Positions 33,286 to 45,218 of a stretch of 64,000 nt of DNA are shown here, piece after piece. Numbering within the stretch: position 1 is the first letter of the stretch; each line of letters opens with the position of its first letter. The DNA is from Rebecca billardiae RCC1528 (lineage: Eukaryota > Protista > Haptophyta). The stretch spans positions 868,001-932,000 of the forward strand of contig OZ251229.1 in assembly GCA_965240325.2 (NCBI GenBank), read 5' to 3'. A program made the position numbers and the translations under genes. The notes beneath the pieces were generated by a model, which searched no databases, was not told where the DNA came from, and saw nothing but the letters and a program-made list of their open reading frames with translations.

Positions 33286-36200
33286 CTACTGCTGCTGCCC
33301 GTCGTCCCGCTGCTGCCGCCACGCCTTGCACGCCGCCTTGTGCTGAGGCCAGTGCGCCTTGATGCACGCGCGCGAGCAGAAGAGCACGCCCGAGCCCTTG
33401 CAGCCCGCGCACGCGGAGAGGCCGGCGGTCGCGCCGCACGCGGCGCAGCCGCGCGTGCGCGCCTCGCGCCGCGCGGCCGCGCCCGTCGCCGCCTCGCCGC
33501 CATCCGCGAGCAGCTGGGTCAACGGCGCCATGTCGGGGCCGCTCGTGCCGCGCCCCGCGGCGCCGCGCGCCTCGCCGCCGTACTTGGATGGCGGTGAGCG
33601 CAGCGCGGCGTCGACCGCGGCGCCGGCGGCGCGCAGGTCAAAGTGCCGCGGGTGGTACGCGCCGGCGGCGCCCACGAGCGCGCGCGGCGGCACGTGTCGC
33701 CTCAGCTCGTTGTATGCAGCCCACCACGCGCCCTCGGAGAGCGGCGCGGCGCCCTCGGGGCCGTGCGCCGGCTGGAGCGCCGGCCGCGCCGGCTCTGCGA
33801 GCGCGAGCAACGCGGCCTCCGCCTCCGCCGCCTGCGCCTCCGTCGCCTCCGCCGCGGCGGGCAGCGAGCCGCTCTGCTGCGCGGCGCGCTCCGCGGCGAG
33901 CGCCGCGTCCGCGCCGCTGCGCGCCGGCCACAGCGGCAGGAGCAGCCTCGTCAGGATGTCCTCGACCGGGCCCACGTCCAGCGGCAGCGGCGCGCCTCCA
34001 CCGCCAAGCACGCACGCAACGCTCTCACGGGCCGGATGCGCGCCGCCGGGCGCGCCCTCCTCGGCCGCGCCCTCGCCCTCCTCGCGCACGCCGAGCAGCG
34101 TGAGCGTGTGCGTGTGCGCGTCGCCCAGGTCGTACACCCACGTCGCGGCGTCGCCCGGCGCGCGGAGCAGCTCGCCCACGCGCACCTTGGCGTCGTTGGC
34201 GAGCTCTCCGCCGTACCAGAGCGGGACGTGCATCGCGTCAAGCGGCCGGCCGCGCAGCTCGCGCCCGATCTCGAGATCGGCGATCTCCTCGTCCGGCGCG
34301 TCCGCCGTGAGCGGCGGGCCAAAGCACAGCGGCATCGGCTCGATGTCGCCGAGGCGTGCGCCCGCGTGCTCCTCGCGCACCAACGCCCGCAGCGCGCGCG
34401 CGCCTTCGCCGCCGCGCTCGGCGTCGAGCGCGTAGGCGTAGCAGTGGTGGGCGCGCGCCCAACCAAACGCGGGCATCAGCACCTGGTCCGCGAGCGCGCG
34501 CAGGCTGAGGTCCGCGCGCACGGCCAGCTCGCGCCAGACGAGAGGCGAGAAGCCGCGCACGTGCGCGCGCAGCAGCAGCACGCGCGCCCCCTGCTGCCTG
34601 GGCTGCTGCTGCTGCGCGCCGCGCGCGCGCCGCTCGGCCGCGAGGGCGCCAAGCAGCGCGGCGTTGCGCGCGCGCGCCGCGGCCACGCGCTCGCGCAGCC
34701 ATCGGGCCATGGCCGCCGCGCCCTCCGCCGAGCTCGCGCGGCGCAGCCCCGCGCCCTGCTCGGCGCGCGGCGGCAGCGGCGGCAGCGGAGCGCCCGGCCC
34801 GACCGCGCCGAGCACCGTGCAGCCCACCGCCTGCGGCCGTTCAATCAGCCGCCGCACCGCACCGCTGTCGCGCGACTCCTGCAGGGCGCTGTAGCGAGCC
34901 GGCAGCGGCGCGCGCGCCGCCGGCTCGGCGCAGCCCAGCGCGGCCCAGCGCGCGGCCGCCGCGCGCCCTCCGTCCAGCTCGCCCCAGACGACCGCGCACA
35001 CGCCGCGCTCTGCGCGCAGCGCTTGGAGCGTGCGCAGGCCGCGCTCGCTCAGGGGGCCAGCGTACGTCACACGGCTGCTGCTGTGCGCGCGCGCTGCCGG
35101 CCACGGCTGATGTGGGCGGCAGCGTGCGCACGCCAGCCACGCCGGCGCCGGGCACGCCGTCGGCCTCCGCGCGTTGCAGCGACGGCGACACGCCCGCCAG
35201 CCCGCGCCCCGGCTGCCCCGGCACCACGCTGAGCACGCGGAACTGCCGCTCGCGCGAGCCGCGCCACCCGACATCCGCGCCGTCCCGCGCGTAAGTGCAA
35301 AAGGCGCGAGGGTGCGGCGGCGCGAGGCCGAGGGCGGAAAGCTCGGGCGCGTGGTGCGCGAGCAGCGCGCGGCACACCGACGCGCCGTCGGCGGCGGCGC
35401 TGAGCACGCCGCCGCCCGCGTCCGCCGCCGAGCCGGCGGCGTCGCCGCGCCCACCGCCGCGCTCGGCGGCAGCGGCCGCGCGGCCGCGCGCCGCGTCGCC
35501 CCCCCAGAGGTTGGCAGGCCTCAGCTTGAGCGGGAGGCGCTCGGCGGCGGCCGCGGCGCCGGGGCGCTCGAGCTCGACCACGGCGCGCGCGTCCTCGCCG
35601 TGCGCGTGCGCCGGCGGCGGCGCGAGCACCGTCGCCACGCAGCCGTTCAGCTCAGGCCGCGCGCGAAGGCCGCTCACGAGCGCGCGGCAGCCCACGCCGC
35701 CCAGGCCGGGGGGCGCGAGCAGCGGCGCGTGCCAGGTGAGCCGCACGCGGTGCACGGCTGCGAACGCGACGGGTGTGGCGCCGACGTGCGTGCCGCCGAC
35801 CACCTTGGAGTCGGACGCGACGACGATGCCGTACCCGCCCGCGACCACCAGCTCCACCGCCTCCTCCTCCGCCGCCGCCCGCTCGCCCTCAGGCCCCTCA
35901 GGCCGGCCGGACACGCGGGCGGTGGACCCATCCGACGCTGGCGGCGCGCCGGCGCGCGCGCCGGGCGGCACGGCGACGATCATGCTCTCGGCGATGCCCG
36001 GCGCCTCCCCGCCCGCGAGCACCACGTACGTCGGCAGCCGCATCCACAGCAGCCGCCCCGGCTCGAACACGTACAGCCACGGCTGGTACGGGTTGTTGTG
36101 CCCGGCGGTGCGTCTCTCCAGTTCCCAGCGCGGCATCAGGCTCGCGAGCTCGGCCGCGCTGCGGCCCGCGTTGAGGAAGGCGGGGGAGTAGTGGAGCTGG

Positions 36201-37702
36201 AGCACGGCCTCGCCGGTGCGCTGCGCGCGCTGCACCATCTCCGCCTGCCGCGCCGTCTCGCCCACGCTGAAGTACCCGCCGAACACCGCGACCACGCTCG
36301 AGCCGTCCGCGCGCCGCACGTGCGCGCACGCCGCCTCCTGCAGGCAGCGCGGGTGGTCCCCCAGGCACGGCAGCGCGCGCCACTGCGCGCCGGCGGCGGC
36401 GGCGGCCGGCGGGTCGTCGGCGCAGCCGTGGGCCCACAGGTCGCCGAGCGACGTGTTGCTCACATCGTCGCACCCGCCGTACACGAACAGCGCGCCGCCC
36501 GCCGCGAAGACGAGCGGCGAGCTGCGCGCGGCCGGCGCGGCGCCGGCGCGGCCGCCCGTGGCCCTGCCGTCGCTCAGCAGTGCCCACGCGCGCGAGGCGA
36601 AGCGCCACGCCCAGAGGGAGCGCGCGTGGTCGTGCGCGCCCGCGCCCGCGACGAAGTTGCCGCCGAAGACGCACCACTCCGCCTCCGCCCCCTCGCCTCG
36701 CACCGCCGCGCCGGAGCCGAAACGCGCGCGCGGCGCGGACGCGCCCCGCGCCGCGCCCCCTCCGCGCTTGGCGCGCCCCCTGGGCCGATCGGCCTGCTCG
36801 ACGCGCTGCCACGTGCGCTCGCGGAGGTCGAAGCGCCACATCGCGTGGTCGACCGCGTCGGCGCGCGTCCTCGTCACGAACGCGCCCGGGTCCTCGCCGC
36901 CCGTCGCCTCCGCCTTCGCGGCCATCGGCAGCTGCACGCGCGCGCAGTCGCCGCCCCACAGCCAGAGGGCGCAGCCGTGCAGGGCGAGCAGCGCGGAGCT
37001 GCGCGGCGCGGGCAGCTCGGCGCCCTCGCCGCCCGGGTGGAGGCAGCGCCAGCTGGGCCGCTCCGCCGTCGCGTCCAGCGCGTACACGCCGTTCCCGCCC
37101 TCCGCACGCCCGGGCAGCCGCCCCTCCACCTCGACGCCACCGAACGCGTACAGCTGGCCCGAGCTCGGGTCCGACGCCCACGCGCGCGCCTTGCGCGGCG
37201 GCGGCCGGGCGGCGGTGCCGGGGTCGAGGGCCGACGTCATCGAGTGCCACAGAGCGAGCCGCGTAGGCAGCGGCGCCACCGCCGCGAGCGCCCGCGCCGA
37301 CGACTCCGCGTCGAGCGGCGGCGCTCCGACGTGCGCGCCGCGCGCGTGCATCCGCGCCGCCGCGCCCTGGTGCTCGAGGAAGAGCGGGTGCGACGGGGAG
37401 CGCGCGGCGAGCGCGCGCGTGAGGAGCTTGCCCTTCAGCGCGAGCGCCTCGCCGCTCGCGCCCTCGAGCGCCGCCGTCTCCGTGTCGCCGAGCGCCGCCA
37501 GCCCGGCCTCGGCCGAGCGCGCGGCCTCCTCCCTGCGCCCCAGCTTGGACTCGCACAGCGCCCGGTTGGAGTAGAGCTGCGCGCGGGTGAGCGCGGCGAG
37601 ACTGGGGAGGGCGAGCGCCTCGTTGTACGCCAGCAGCGCCTCCGCGTGCTGGCCCAGCCGCACGTGCTCGTTCCCGCGCTCCTTGAGCGCCGCGGCCGAC
37701 AT
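33286..37702 (-). CDS. TPR + Kelch propeller + pRiA4b ORF-3-like + MYND zinc-finger protein (two overlapping ORFs joined near 35070-35270)
   Basis: TPR (LKERGNEHVR...LYSNRALC); Kelch (LYAFGG, LWLWGG, VFGG, LFVYGG); GLRARPELNG motif; pRiA4b-like VWRELAV...LMPAFGW...YDLGDAHTHTLTL; MYND CAACG...CAGC...FCSRACIKAHWPQHKAAC. The junction (intron or frameshift) is unresolved. Confidence 0.75.
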
Positions 37703-38161
37703 CGCGCGCGCCGCGCGGGCCGGTCGTACAGTGTGCAGACTGTACCGCGGCTCAGGGCTCACCGGGTGCCGGGGAGCACGCCGTCGCCAGTGGCACGGCC
37801 ACCACTCCGCCAGGCGGAGAGTCCAGGACCGGGACCACGTCAGTCTGCAGCCGGACCGTACCGGACCAACCCCCACCGAGCGTGGAGGTCGGGGGGGGGG
37901 TGTCCGGGGCGTAGGTCCGGGTCTGCAGACTGACCCGCCCGCCCTTCCACCCGTCCCAGCTCCCCACATCAAGGCTCCCTAGTATTGAAAAATACCCGCA
38001 GCTATTCGTTGCCAGCCCATTTCATAGACATAGTCACTGAGCTCAAAACATGCCGTCGGCATGTTTTGAGCCCGCTGGCCGAAGACGGGCTCAGGGGCTT
38101 TCTGGGACGGGTGGAAGGTCGCGCTCGCGCGGCTCGGCCGCGTTCGGCGTTGACAGCAGTT

Positions 38162-38311
38162 TTAAAATTCCCCTTTATTATTATTATAACGGGCTCCGGG
38201 TGATCAGGCTGGCCGGGCCGAAGCCTCCCGAGCCCTACCCTGGCCAGCCCCCTGAACCAACCACCACCCTCACCCAACCTCAAACCACTGACCGAGACAC
38301 CTAGTGTCTTG
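38162..38311 (-). mobile_element. Repeat family C fragment
   Basis: Matches 25732-25866, with extra TTA units at the internal TA site. Confidence 0.6.
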
Positions 38312-38314
38312 CAT

Positions 38315-38347
38315 GTGCACGTTAAATCATAGTATTAGTAAACTGTA
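38315..38347 (-). mobile_element. Tc1/mariner-like end, type B
   Basis: GTGCACGTTAAATCATAGTA(TTAGTA)AACTG|TA, the reverse of 22109-22137 with a small insertion. Confidence 0.6.
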
Positions 38348-38646
38348 ACTCAGCAGTACCGTCGGTAGCTGACTACGAGCGCATGGAATAGCCATTCAGC
38401 ACGACACGTCGACACGCGCCGTTCGCCCCCCGTTGCTACTCACGATTCGCATAATAATCCTGGATCTCAGGCGCCGAGCAAAGCAGCTTCGACCAGTACC
38501 ACTACAGACGAATCAGGAGAGCTGCGCCCTCGTGCCTGTGTCTTTAAATCATATAGAATTAGTATAGACCCTTGACAGATCTCGTGAGCGTGGCAGCGGC
38601 AGCGGCGTACGGATGATTCGCGTGGCGCGTTGAGCACGCGTGCTCA

Positions 38647-41171
38647 TCAGACGATGCCGTACGTGAACTCCTTGGCGGCGTCGAACTCGTCCCCGGCGAA
38701 GATCTGCAGCTTGCCGCCCGCGACCGCCCAGTACTGGTCCACGACCGCGTGCAGGAAGAAGGCGTCGTGCGACACGACCACGTACGCGCCGTCGTACGCG
38801 CGCAGCGCCTCGATGAGCACCTCGATCGTCTCGAGGTCGAGGTGGTTGGTCGGCCTGCGCGCGCGCGCGGGGGCGGAGGGCGGGCGCGCCGTCAGGCGCG
38901 GCGGCGCGCGGCTTTTTCGCGCGCGCGGCGCGGGCGCGCGCACTCGTCGAGCACCACGAGGTGCGGCGCCTCCCAGGTGAGCTCGCAGAAGCTCACGCGG
39001 CTCTTCTGCCCGCCCGAGAGCTGGCGCATCCGGCGGAACACGCCGCCCTCCGTCAGCCCAAACGCCGCCAGCCGCGTGCGCGCCTCGAGCTCCTTGGTGC
39101 CGGGGAAGCGCGCCATGATGTGCTCGAGCGCGGACAGCTCGAGGTCGAGCTGGTCGACGTGGTGCTGGGCGAACGAGACGACGCGCGCGGCGCGGTTGAT
39201 GCTCACGTCGCCGCCCAGCGGCGCGAGCGCCCCCTCGAGCACGCGCAGCAGCGTCGTCTTGCCCGCGCCGTTGGCGCCGAGCACGCCGACGCGCGAGGTG
39301 CCGTGCAGCTGCACACTCACGCCGCGCAGCAGCGGCGCGGACTTGTCGTAGCCGACGGCCACGCTGTCGAGCGCGACGAGCTGCGTGCGCTTGAGCGCCG
39401 GCGGCTGTGGGAAGGCGAGCTTCACGCGCGCAAAGCCGCTCTCTCGGTCCGGGTCCTCGAGCAGCCCTTTCTCCTCCATCTTGCGCAGCGCGGCCTCGCG
39501 GTTCTTGACCTGCGCCATCGCGGACGGCGTGCGCTTTGTCTTCTTGTTGTGCTCGGACGAGTTCTTGGAGAGGTCGAACTTGTCGATCTGCGCCTGCAGG
39601 GCGGCCACCTCGGCCTGCTGCGCGTCGTACGCGCGCTTCGCCGCCGCGTACTCCTCCGCCTGCACGCGCACAAACGTCGACACGTCGCCCCTGTACGCGT
39701 GCAGCGCGCGCCTGTGCAGCGACACCACATCCGTGCACACCTCGTCGAGGAAGGCGCGGTCGTGGGAGACGATCAGAGCGGTCTGCTCGCGCGCGCGCAG
39801 GAAGGTGGTGAGCCAGCGCAGCGCGACGAAGTCGAGGTGGTTCGTCGGCTCGTCGAGGAGGAGCAGGTCGCACTGCACGAAGAGCGCGGCGGCGAGGCAC
39901 ACGCGCACGCGCCACCCGCCCGAGAGCTCGCGCACCGGCCGCGCGCGCATCCGCTCGCTCAGCCCGAGGCCGGCGAGGATCTCGCACGCGCGCGCCTCGG
40001 CCGTGTCCGCGCCGAGCGCGCTCAGGGCGTCGAGGGTCGCGCTCAGCTGCTTCTGCGCGCGCGCGAGGGCGGCGGGGTCGGAGGGCTCGAGCGCGCCCAC
40101 GCCGTCCTCCGCGTCGTCCGCGCCCGGCCCGCCGCCCGCCTCCGCGCGCGCCGCCGAACCGCCGCCCCCGGCCGTCGGCGCGTCCGGCGCGTCGTCGTCG
40201 CCGTCCGCGCTCAGCAGCAGCCGCTCGAGCCGCGCGCGCCTGCGCAGCAGCACGCGCCGCTCGACGTCCGCCTTGAGCACGCTCTCGAGCGGCGTGGCGC
40301 CGAGGTCCAGCGCGCCCTCCTGCCGCACGTGCACGACGCGCAGCGCGTGCGGGAAGCCGACCAGCTCGTAGCTCGAGATCGCGCGCAGCAGCGTCGACTT
40401 GCCCGCGCCGTTCTGCCCGAGCAGGCCGTACTTGCGCCCGCCCGCCAGCCGGAGCGAGGCGGACTCGAGGAGCGGGCGGCCGTCGGGCGCGAGCAGCGTG
40501 AAGTTCTTCACGTGGATATCCCTCGACGCGTTCCGCTGGTTCGCGCGCGCGCGCATGTACTTCGCCACCGCCGCCTCCGCCTCCGCCTCGGCCGCGCGCG
40601 CCTCTGCCTCGAGCGCGGCCGCGGCCGCCGCGCGCGCGGCCGCGCTGCTGCCGAGCGTGCCCGGCGCCGCCGCCCCAGCGCGCGCTGAGGGTGCGGCGCT
40701 CGGCGCGATGTGGCTGTTCCCGTACTTGAGCGAGTTGTCCGTGTTGCCAAACGTCCCTCCCTCGCGGCGCAGCTCGACTGCGAGCGCGGCCGCGTCGTAC
40801 GCGTCGCTGTCGTCCAGCATGATCGGCATCGCGAGCGCATCCCCGGCTGAGCCGCCCGCGCCCCCCGCGCCGTCGGCGGCGTCGGCGTCGGCGGTGGAAT
40901 CGGCGCCCGAGGCGTCGCCCAGCGCCCCGCGCTCACGGAGCGCGTCGAGCAGCCGTGCGCACACGCCGGCCGCGCTCGGCTCGTCACACAGCTCAAAGCC
41001 GACCAGCAGCTCAGCCACGGCCTCGCTGAGGTCGGCCAGCGGGTCGTCGGCCTGGCGCGGGTCGGGCAGGAGCGTGCTCACCGTCTCGCACAGGTACTCC
41101 GCGCAGTCCGCGCCGTCCAAGGCCTCTTGGGTCAGCCCAGCCGCGAGGAACACGTCGTTGGAGACCGCCAT
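38647..41171 (-). CDS. ABC-F family ATPase (GCN20/ABCF3-like); intron 38943-38855
   Basis: Two NBDs: GQNGAGKST/LSGGW/LLLLDEPTNHLD and GANGAGKTT/LSGGQKSR/VVLDE|PTNHLD (restored by splicing). No TM domains. Alternative start at 41222. Confidence 0.93.
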
Positions 41172-41234
41172 CGCGCTGGTGGCCGCGTGGCTCCGCGCCA
41201 CCGCGGTGGTCCGGTCCTGCATGGGGTTGGCTGT

Positions 41235-41263
41235 TACAGTTTACTAAGAATAAGAGACGCACA
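41235..41263 (+). mobile_element. Tc1/mariner-like end, type A, within the ABCF/Dpy-30 divergent spacer
   Basis: TACAGTTTACTAAGAATAAGAGACGCACA. Confidence 0.6.
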
Positions 41264-41338
41264 ATTTCCCGTTTCGTCCGCCATCAAAAGTGTCAGGTCA
41301 TCATCCGTCCGACGCCCGCGATTCGCGAGCGTGGACCC

Positions 41339-41782
41339 ATGCCGCAGCCGCAGCAGGTGGACGCAAGCGAGGCACGTGGCTGCGACGCGGGCCAAGGCAC
41401 TCCCCCGCGGCGCGGTGTATCATGCATGATGGGCCTAGCTTCACACCTCTCTACCAATGCCCTCCACACATCGCGCGTACCCGCGCCCGCCTTTTGCTTG
41501 TGACGGACTGCAGGCCGTCACAAGCACAAATGCCTACCTGCAGCAAACAGTGGGGCAGATCGTGATGGAGGCTATGCTGCAGCTGGAAAAGGAGGGGTGC
41601 GCGCTGCGCAGTTAGCATGCTACCGCGCGCGCGCTCTGCTGTCACGCTGGCCCGCCAAGTGGGCTGACCCGAATCTCCGCGCACGCGATCCCCGTCTCCA
41701 ACGCAGGCCACAAGAAGACGAGGTGGAATGGCTGGCTCGATATCTTCTGGACCACAACCCCAACCGATCGAAAGAAACTTGA
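41339..41782 (+). CDS. Small Dpy-30-motif protein; exons ~41339-41356 (or 41371), 41514-41596, 41707-41782
   Basis: The spliced product ...NAYLQQTVGQIVMEAMLQLEKEGPQEDEVEWLARYLLDHNPN fits the Dpy-30 dimerisation/docking consensus. The first exon is uncertain. Confidence 0.7.
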
Positions 41783-42678
41783 GACTACCAGCCCTGACAG
41801 GCATGGTGCACCGCATGGGGCGACACCGGCCCGTGCAATCAATTCAGCCAGTCCGGCGGTGCCGGTGGCCGGCGGGCCAGTGAGTCTCCCGCTTTCAGTC
41901 AGACTCGGCGCACGGGCCACGGCGGTGCCATACCGCCGGGACTGAGTGACCGGACTGTGACACTGATGCCACCGATGTGCCATGAACAGGGACGGCTGTT
42001 CGAACGACTGTGAGCAGGCCATTGCTTGAATAGCGCACTGTCCGAGTCCGATCCGCGTCATGCTCACACTGAGCTGCCCGTCCGCTGGCTCGGTTTAATA
42101 CCCGCAACTCTCCGCTGCAGACGGGGCCCGGCGCCTGGCGGCTCGTACTAGCGGCGGCCGCCTGGCGCGTGACCGGGCCAGGCGGAGCTCGGCTGGCACA
42201 GCGCCGTGTCCGTGAGCGCCGGGTAGCTCCTACTATAACTAGTAGCCGTAGCACAGGCCGTCGTCAGATGTCAGCGGCCCGCAGACTCGGCATCAGTCGC
42301 AGACTACGCCTAAGCTGACGACGACGCCGACGGGCCCTCGGGCGGCGCGCAGTAGTCAAAGTTGACTGAGGCTGCGGGCCGCGGGCCTACCCTCAGTGTT
42401 TAACTAACTACGGCCGGCGTTTTTGCGCACAATGAAGTGTCCGGGCCTGGTTAGTGGCGCGCGTTCACTCCGGCAATGACTCGGGTGCAGACTGCCTCAG
42501 ACAAGGGGAGTCGGACCCTCCCCCCTTGCTGAGTGCAGACCAGGGCTGCAGACGAGACTCAAGGGCCGTAGCAGACGACAAGAAGACGTGCGCGTACCAT
42601 ACTGTGACACAGTACTGACTGACTGTCGTAGTTACTGGTACCAGATCGTAAGCTGCGCGCGGGACTGGCACCGGCGAC

Positions 42679-45104
42679 CGGCAGCGCTAAATCAGCCCGG
42701 GCTGATTTAAGCTTATCTCAGCCCGGGCTGATTTAAGCCCTTAAATCAGCCCGGGCTGAGATAAGCTCGCGCGGAGCTTATCTCAGCCCGGGCTGATTTA
42801 AGGGCTTAAATCAGCCCAGCGGCTCGCGACTCGGCCACCGTGGACTCGGAGCGCACGTCGCGCGGTGCGGCCCGCCCGCTCCATGGCTGCACGCGCTGCT
42901 GTGTCTTCGGTGGCCACAGGGTGAAGTGCGCTGAGTCTAGTGGCGGGCGCCCAGCTCCACCCACCCCCTTCTCCCTGGCCCGCCCCGCCTGCCCTCGCCC
43001 GCATCGGATGCCTTCCTCGCGCATGCAACTCCACGGCGGCAACTCGGCTTGTGGACTTGCTGCCCGCATGAGAAGCATGCAGCCAACACCATGGACGCAC
43101 CATCGACGTTCGCCAGTTGACCATGTCCGCGCGTAGTCGCACGCGGGTGAACACGGCCCGTGCGCTACAGTCGGTTGTGTGCTGTTGCCATTGCACGTTG
43201 TTCAAAATGTGCTGAACGTTGCCACCGCGGCCGCCGCGCGCGGGCGTACCGGTGCCAGCGGCACAGGCATGGGCACCGGCGCAGCTCCATGGACGATCAT
43301 GGCGCTGCGGCTAGTGGGCGCGCCGACGCCGGCACGCCCGCAGCTGTCGGCGCGCACGGCGAGCACGCAAAGCTCGCAGCGCGTGCCGCGGCTCAGGGGC
43401 TGGTGCGCACGGACAGCAAGCTAAGGTTGCGGTGTGCGCCGCGGTCCGCACGCACGCAGCGGCCGCCGCATGCGCCACGCGCGCGGTGGCCGCCGCGCGC
43501 GCCGCGGTTGCCGCGCGCGCCGTGGCTGCCGCGCGCGCCGCGGCGGACCAGCGCGCCGCGGCCGTGCGCGACGACCGAAGGCTAGTCTGTGGCGGATAGC
43601 GAGCGAGCGCGCCGCCGCGGCCAGTGAGCGCGCAGCGGCCGGCGAGCACGCTCAGCCTCATCGCGCAACTGTCACGTGTTGGCGCCAGGCTTGATGGGCA
43701 CCTGCGGCGTTGGACCAATGGGCATCTGTGGCCCGTGCGGTGCGCGCTCGCCGGTTGCGGTGGCGCGCTCGCCAATACCTACGCATGCTGGCGCGGCCTG
43801 CTCACCGGTCGCGGTGGCGCAAGCCCCGGCTGCACCATCCATCCGCGCCGGTTGCGGCGCGCTCACTAGCCGCAGCGGCAAGCTCGCTATCCGCCACAGA
43901 CTCGCCTTCGGTCGCCGTGCGCGGGGCGGTCGCGGCGCGTTGGTCGGCCTCGGCGCGCTCGCCAGCCGCGGCGCGCGCGGCAGCCGCGGCGCGCGCAGCA
44001 GCCACGGCGCGCTCGCCGGCCGGGCGCGACGGCCGAGTTACGCTGTCTGCCGCCGTGGCGCGCTTACCGGCCGCAGCGCGCGTGGCAGCCGCGGCGCAAT
44101 CGCCAGCCGCGCGGCGCGCGGCAGCCGCGGCGCGCTCACCGGCCGGGCGCGCTCAGCAGCCGCGGCGCGCTCGCCGGCCGCAGCGCGCTCGCCGGCTGCG
44201 GCGCGCAAGACGGCTGCGGCGCGCGCGGCGGCCGTTGTGTGCACGCGGACCACGGTGCGCGCGGCGACCTTGGCGTGCTCGCCAAGCGCGCCGAAAGCTG
44301 CGAGCGCGAGGGCGCCGGTGAGCCCACCAGCTGCGGCGCCACGACCGTCGACAGTGTATTACTCTGCCGAAGCGCCTGCCACGCTTGAGACGCAGCGAGC
44401 CGCACACCACAGCTGTCAGCTGATGGTCCAAGCTCGGTCATGAACCGGCAGCCGCCGCGCAGAGTAGTGCGCCGCGCGAAGGGACCGTTTCGATCTGACG
44501 GGATCGCGATGACTGGCTGATCCAGCGTCGAGCGTGACCGGCAAGTATGCCAAGCTGGGCAAGCACATGCCGCAACGCGCGAACGGTACAAGGGCAACGC
44601 GGTACAAGGGCGACGGCACACGGCAGACAGGTGCACGTGGGCCGTGGCCACATGCGTGCGATTACACATGACACACATGTACAGTACACGACGTACAAGT
44701 ACCCGCGACCGTCGATGGTGGAATCGATGGTGGAACAATGGCGTTGGCTGAGGCCGTTGCATGCGCGAGGAAGGCATCCGATGCGGGCGAGGGCAGGCGG
44801 GGCGGGCCAGGGAGAAGGGGGTGGGTGGAGCTGGGCCCGCCACTAGACTCAGCGCACTTCACCCTGTGGCCACCGAAGACACAGCAGCGCGTGCAGCCAT
44901 GGAGCGGGCGGGCCGCACCGCGCGACGTGCGCTCCGAGTCCACGGCGGCCGAGTCGCGAGCCGCTGGGCTGAGATAAGCGCTTATCTCAGCCCGGGCTGA
45001 GATAAGCTCGCGCGGAGCTTATCTCAGCCCGGGCTGATTTAAGGGCTTAAATCAGCCCGGGCTGAGATAAGCTTAAATCAGCCCGGGCTGATTTAGCGCT
45101 GCCG
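42679..45104. mobile_element. Non-autonomous Mutator/foldback-type element with ~350-bp TIRs and 9-bp TSD
   Basis: TIRs at 42679-43029 and 44756-45104; TSD ACCGGCGAC at 42670-42678 and 45105-45113; the outer TIRs are built from CAGCCCGGGCTG palindromes. Confidence 0.9.
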
Positions 45105-45218
45105 ACCGGCGACTGGCCCAGGGCAGGGCGGCGCCCGGAGGGCGCAAGACCGGAAACCCACCTGCCGAACGCACCGCCGCCGCGAGGCCCGTGCCTTCCG
45201 CCTTCTCGGCGCCACGCG

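Noticed and set aside
43160-44443. Arg/Ala-rich ORFs inside the foldback element as a transposase
   Set aside because: They are low-complexity translations of GC tandem repeats with no DDE or zinc-finger motifs.
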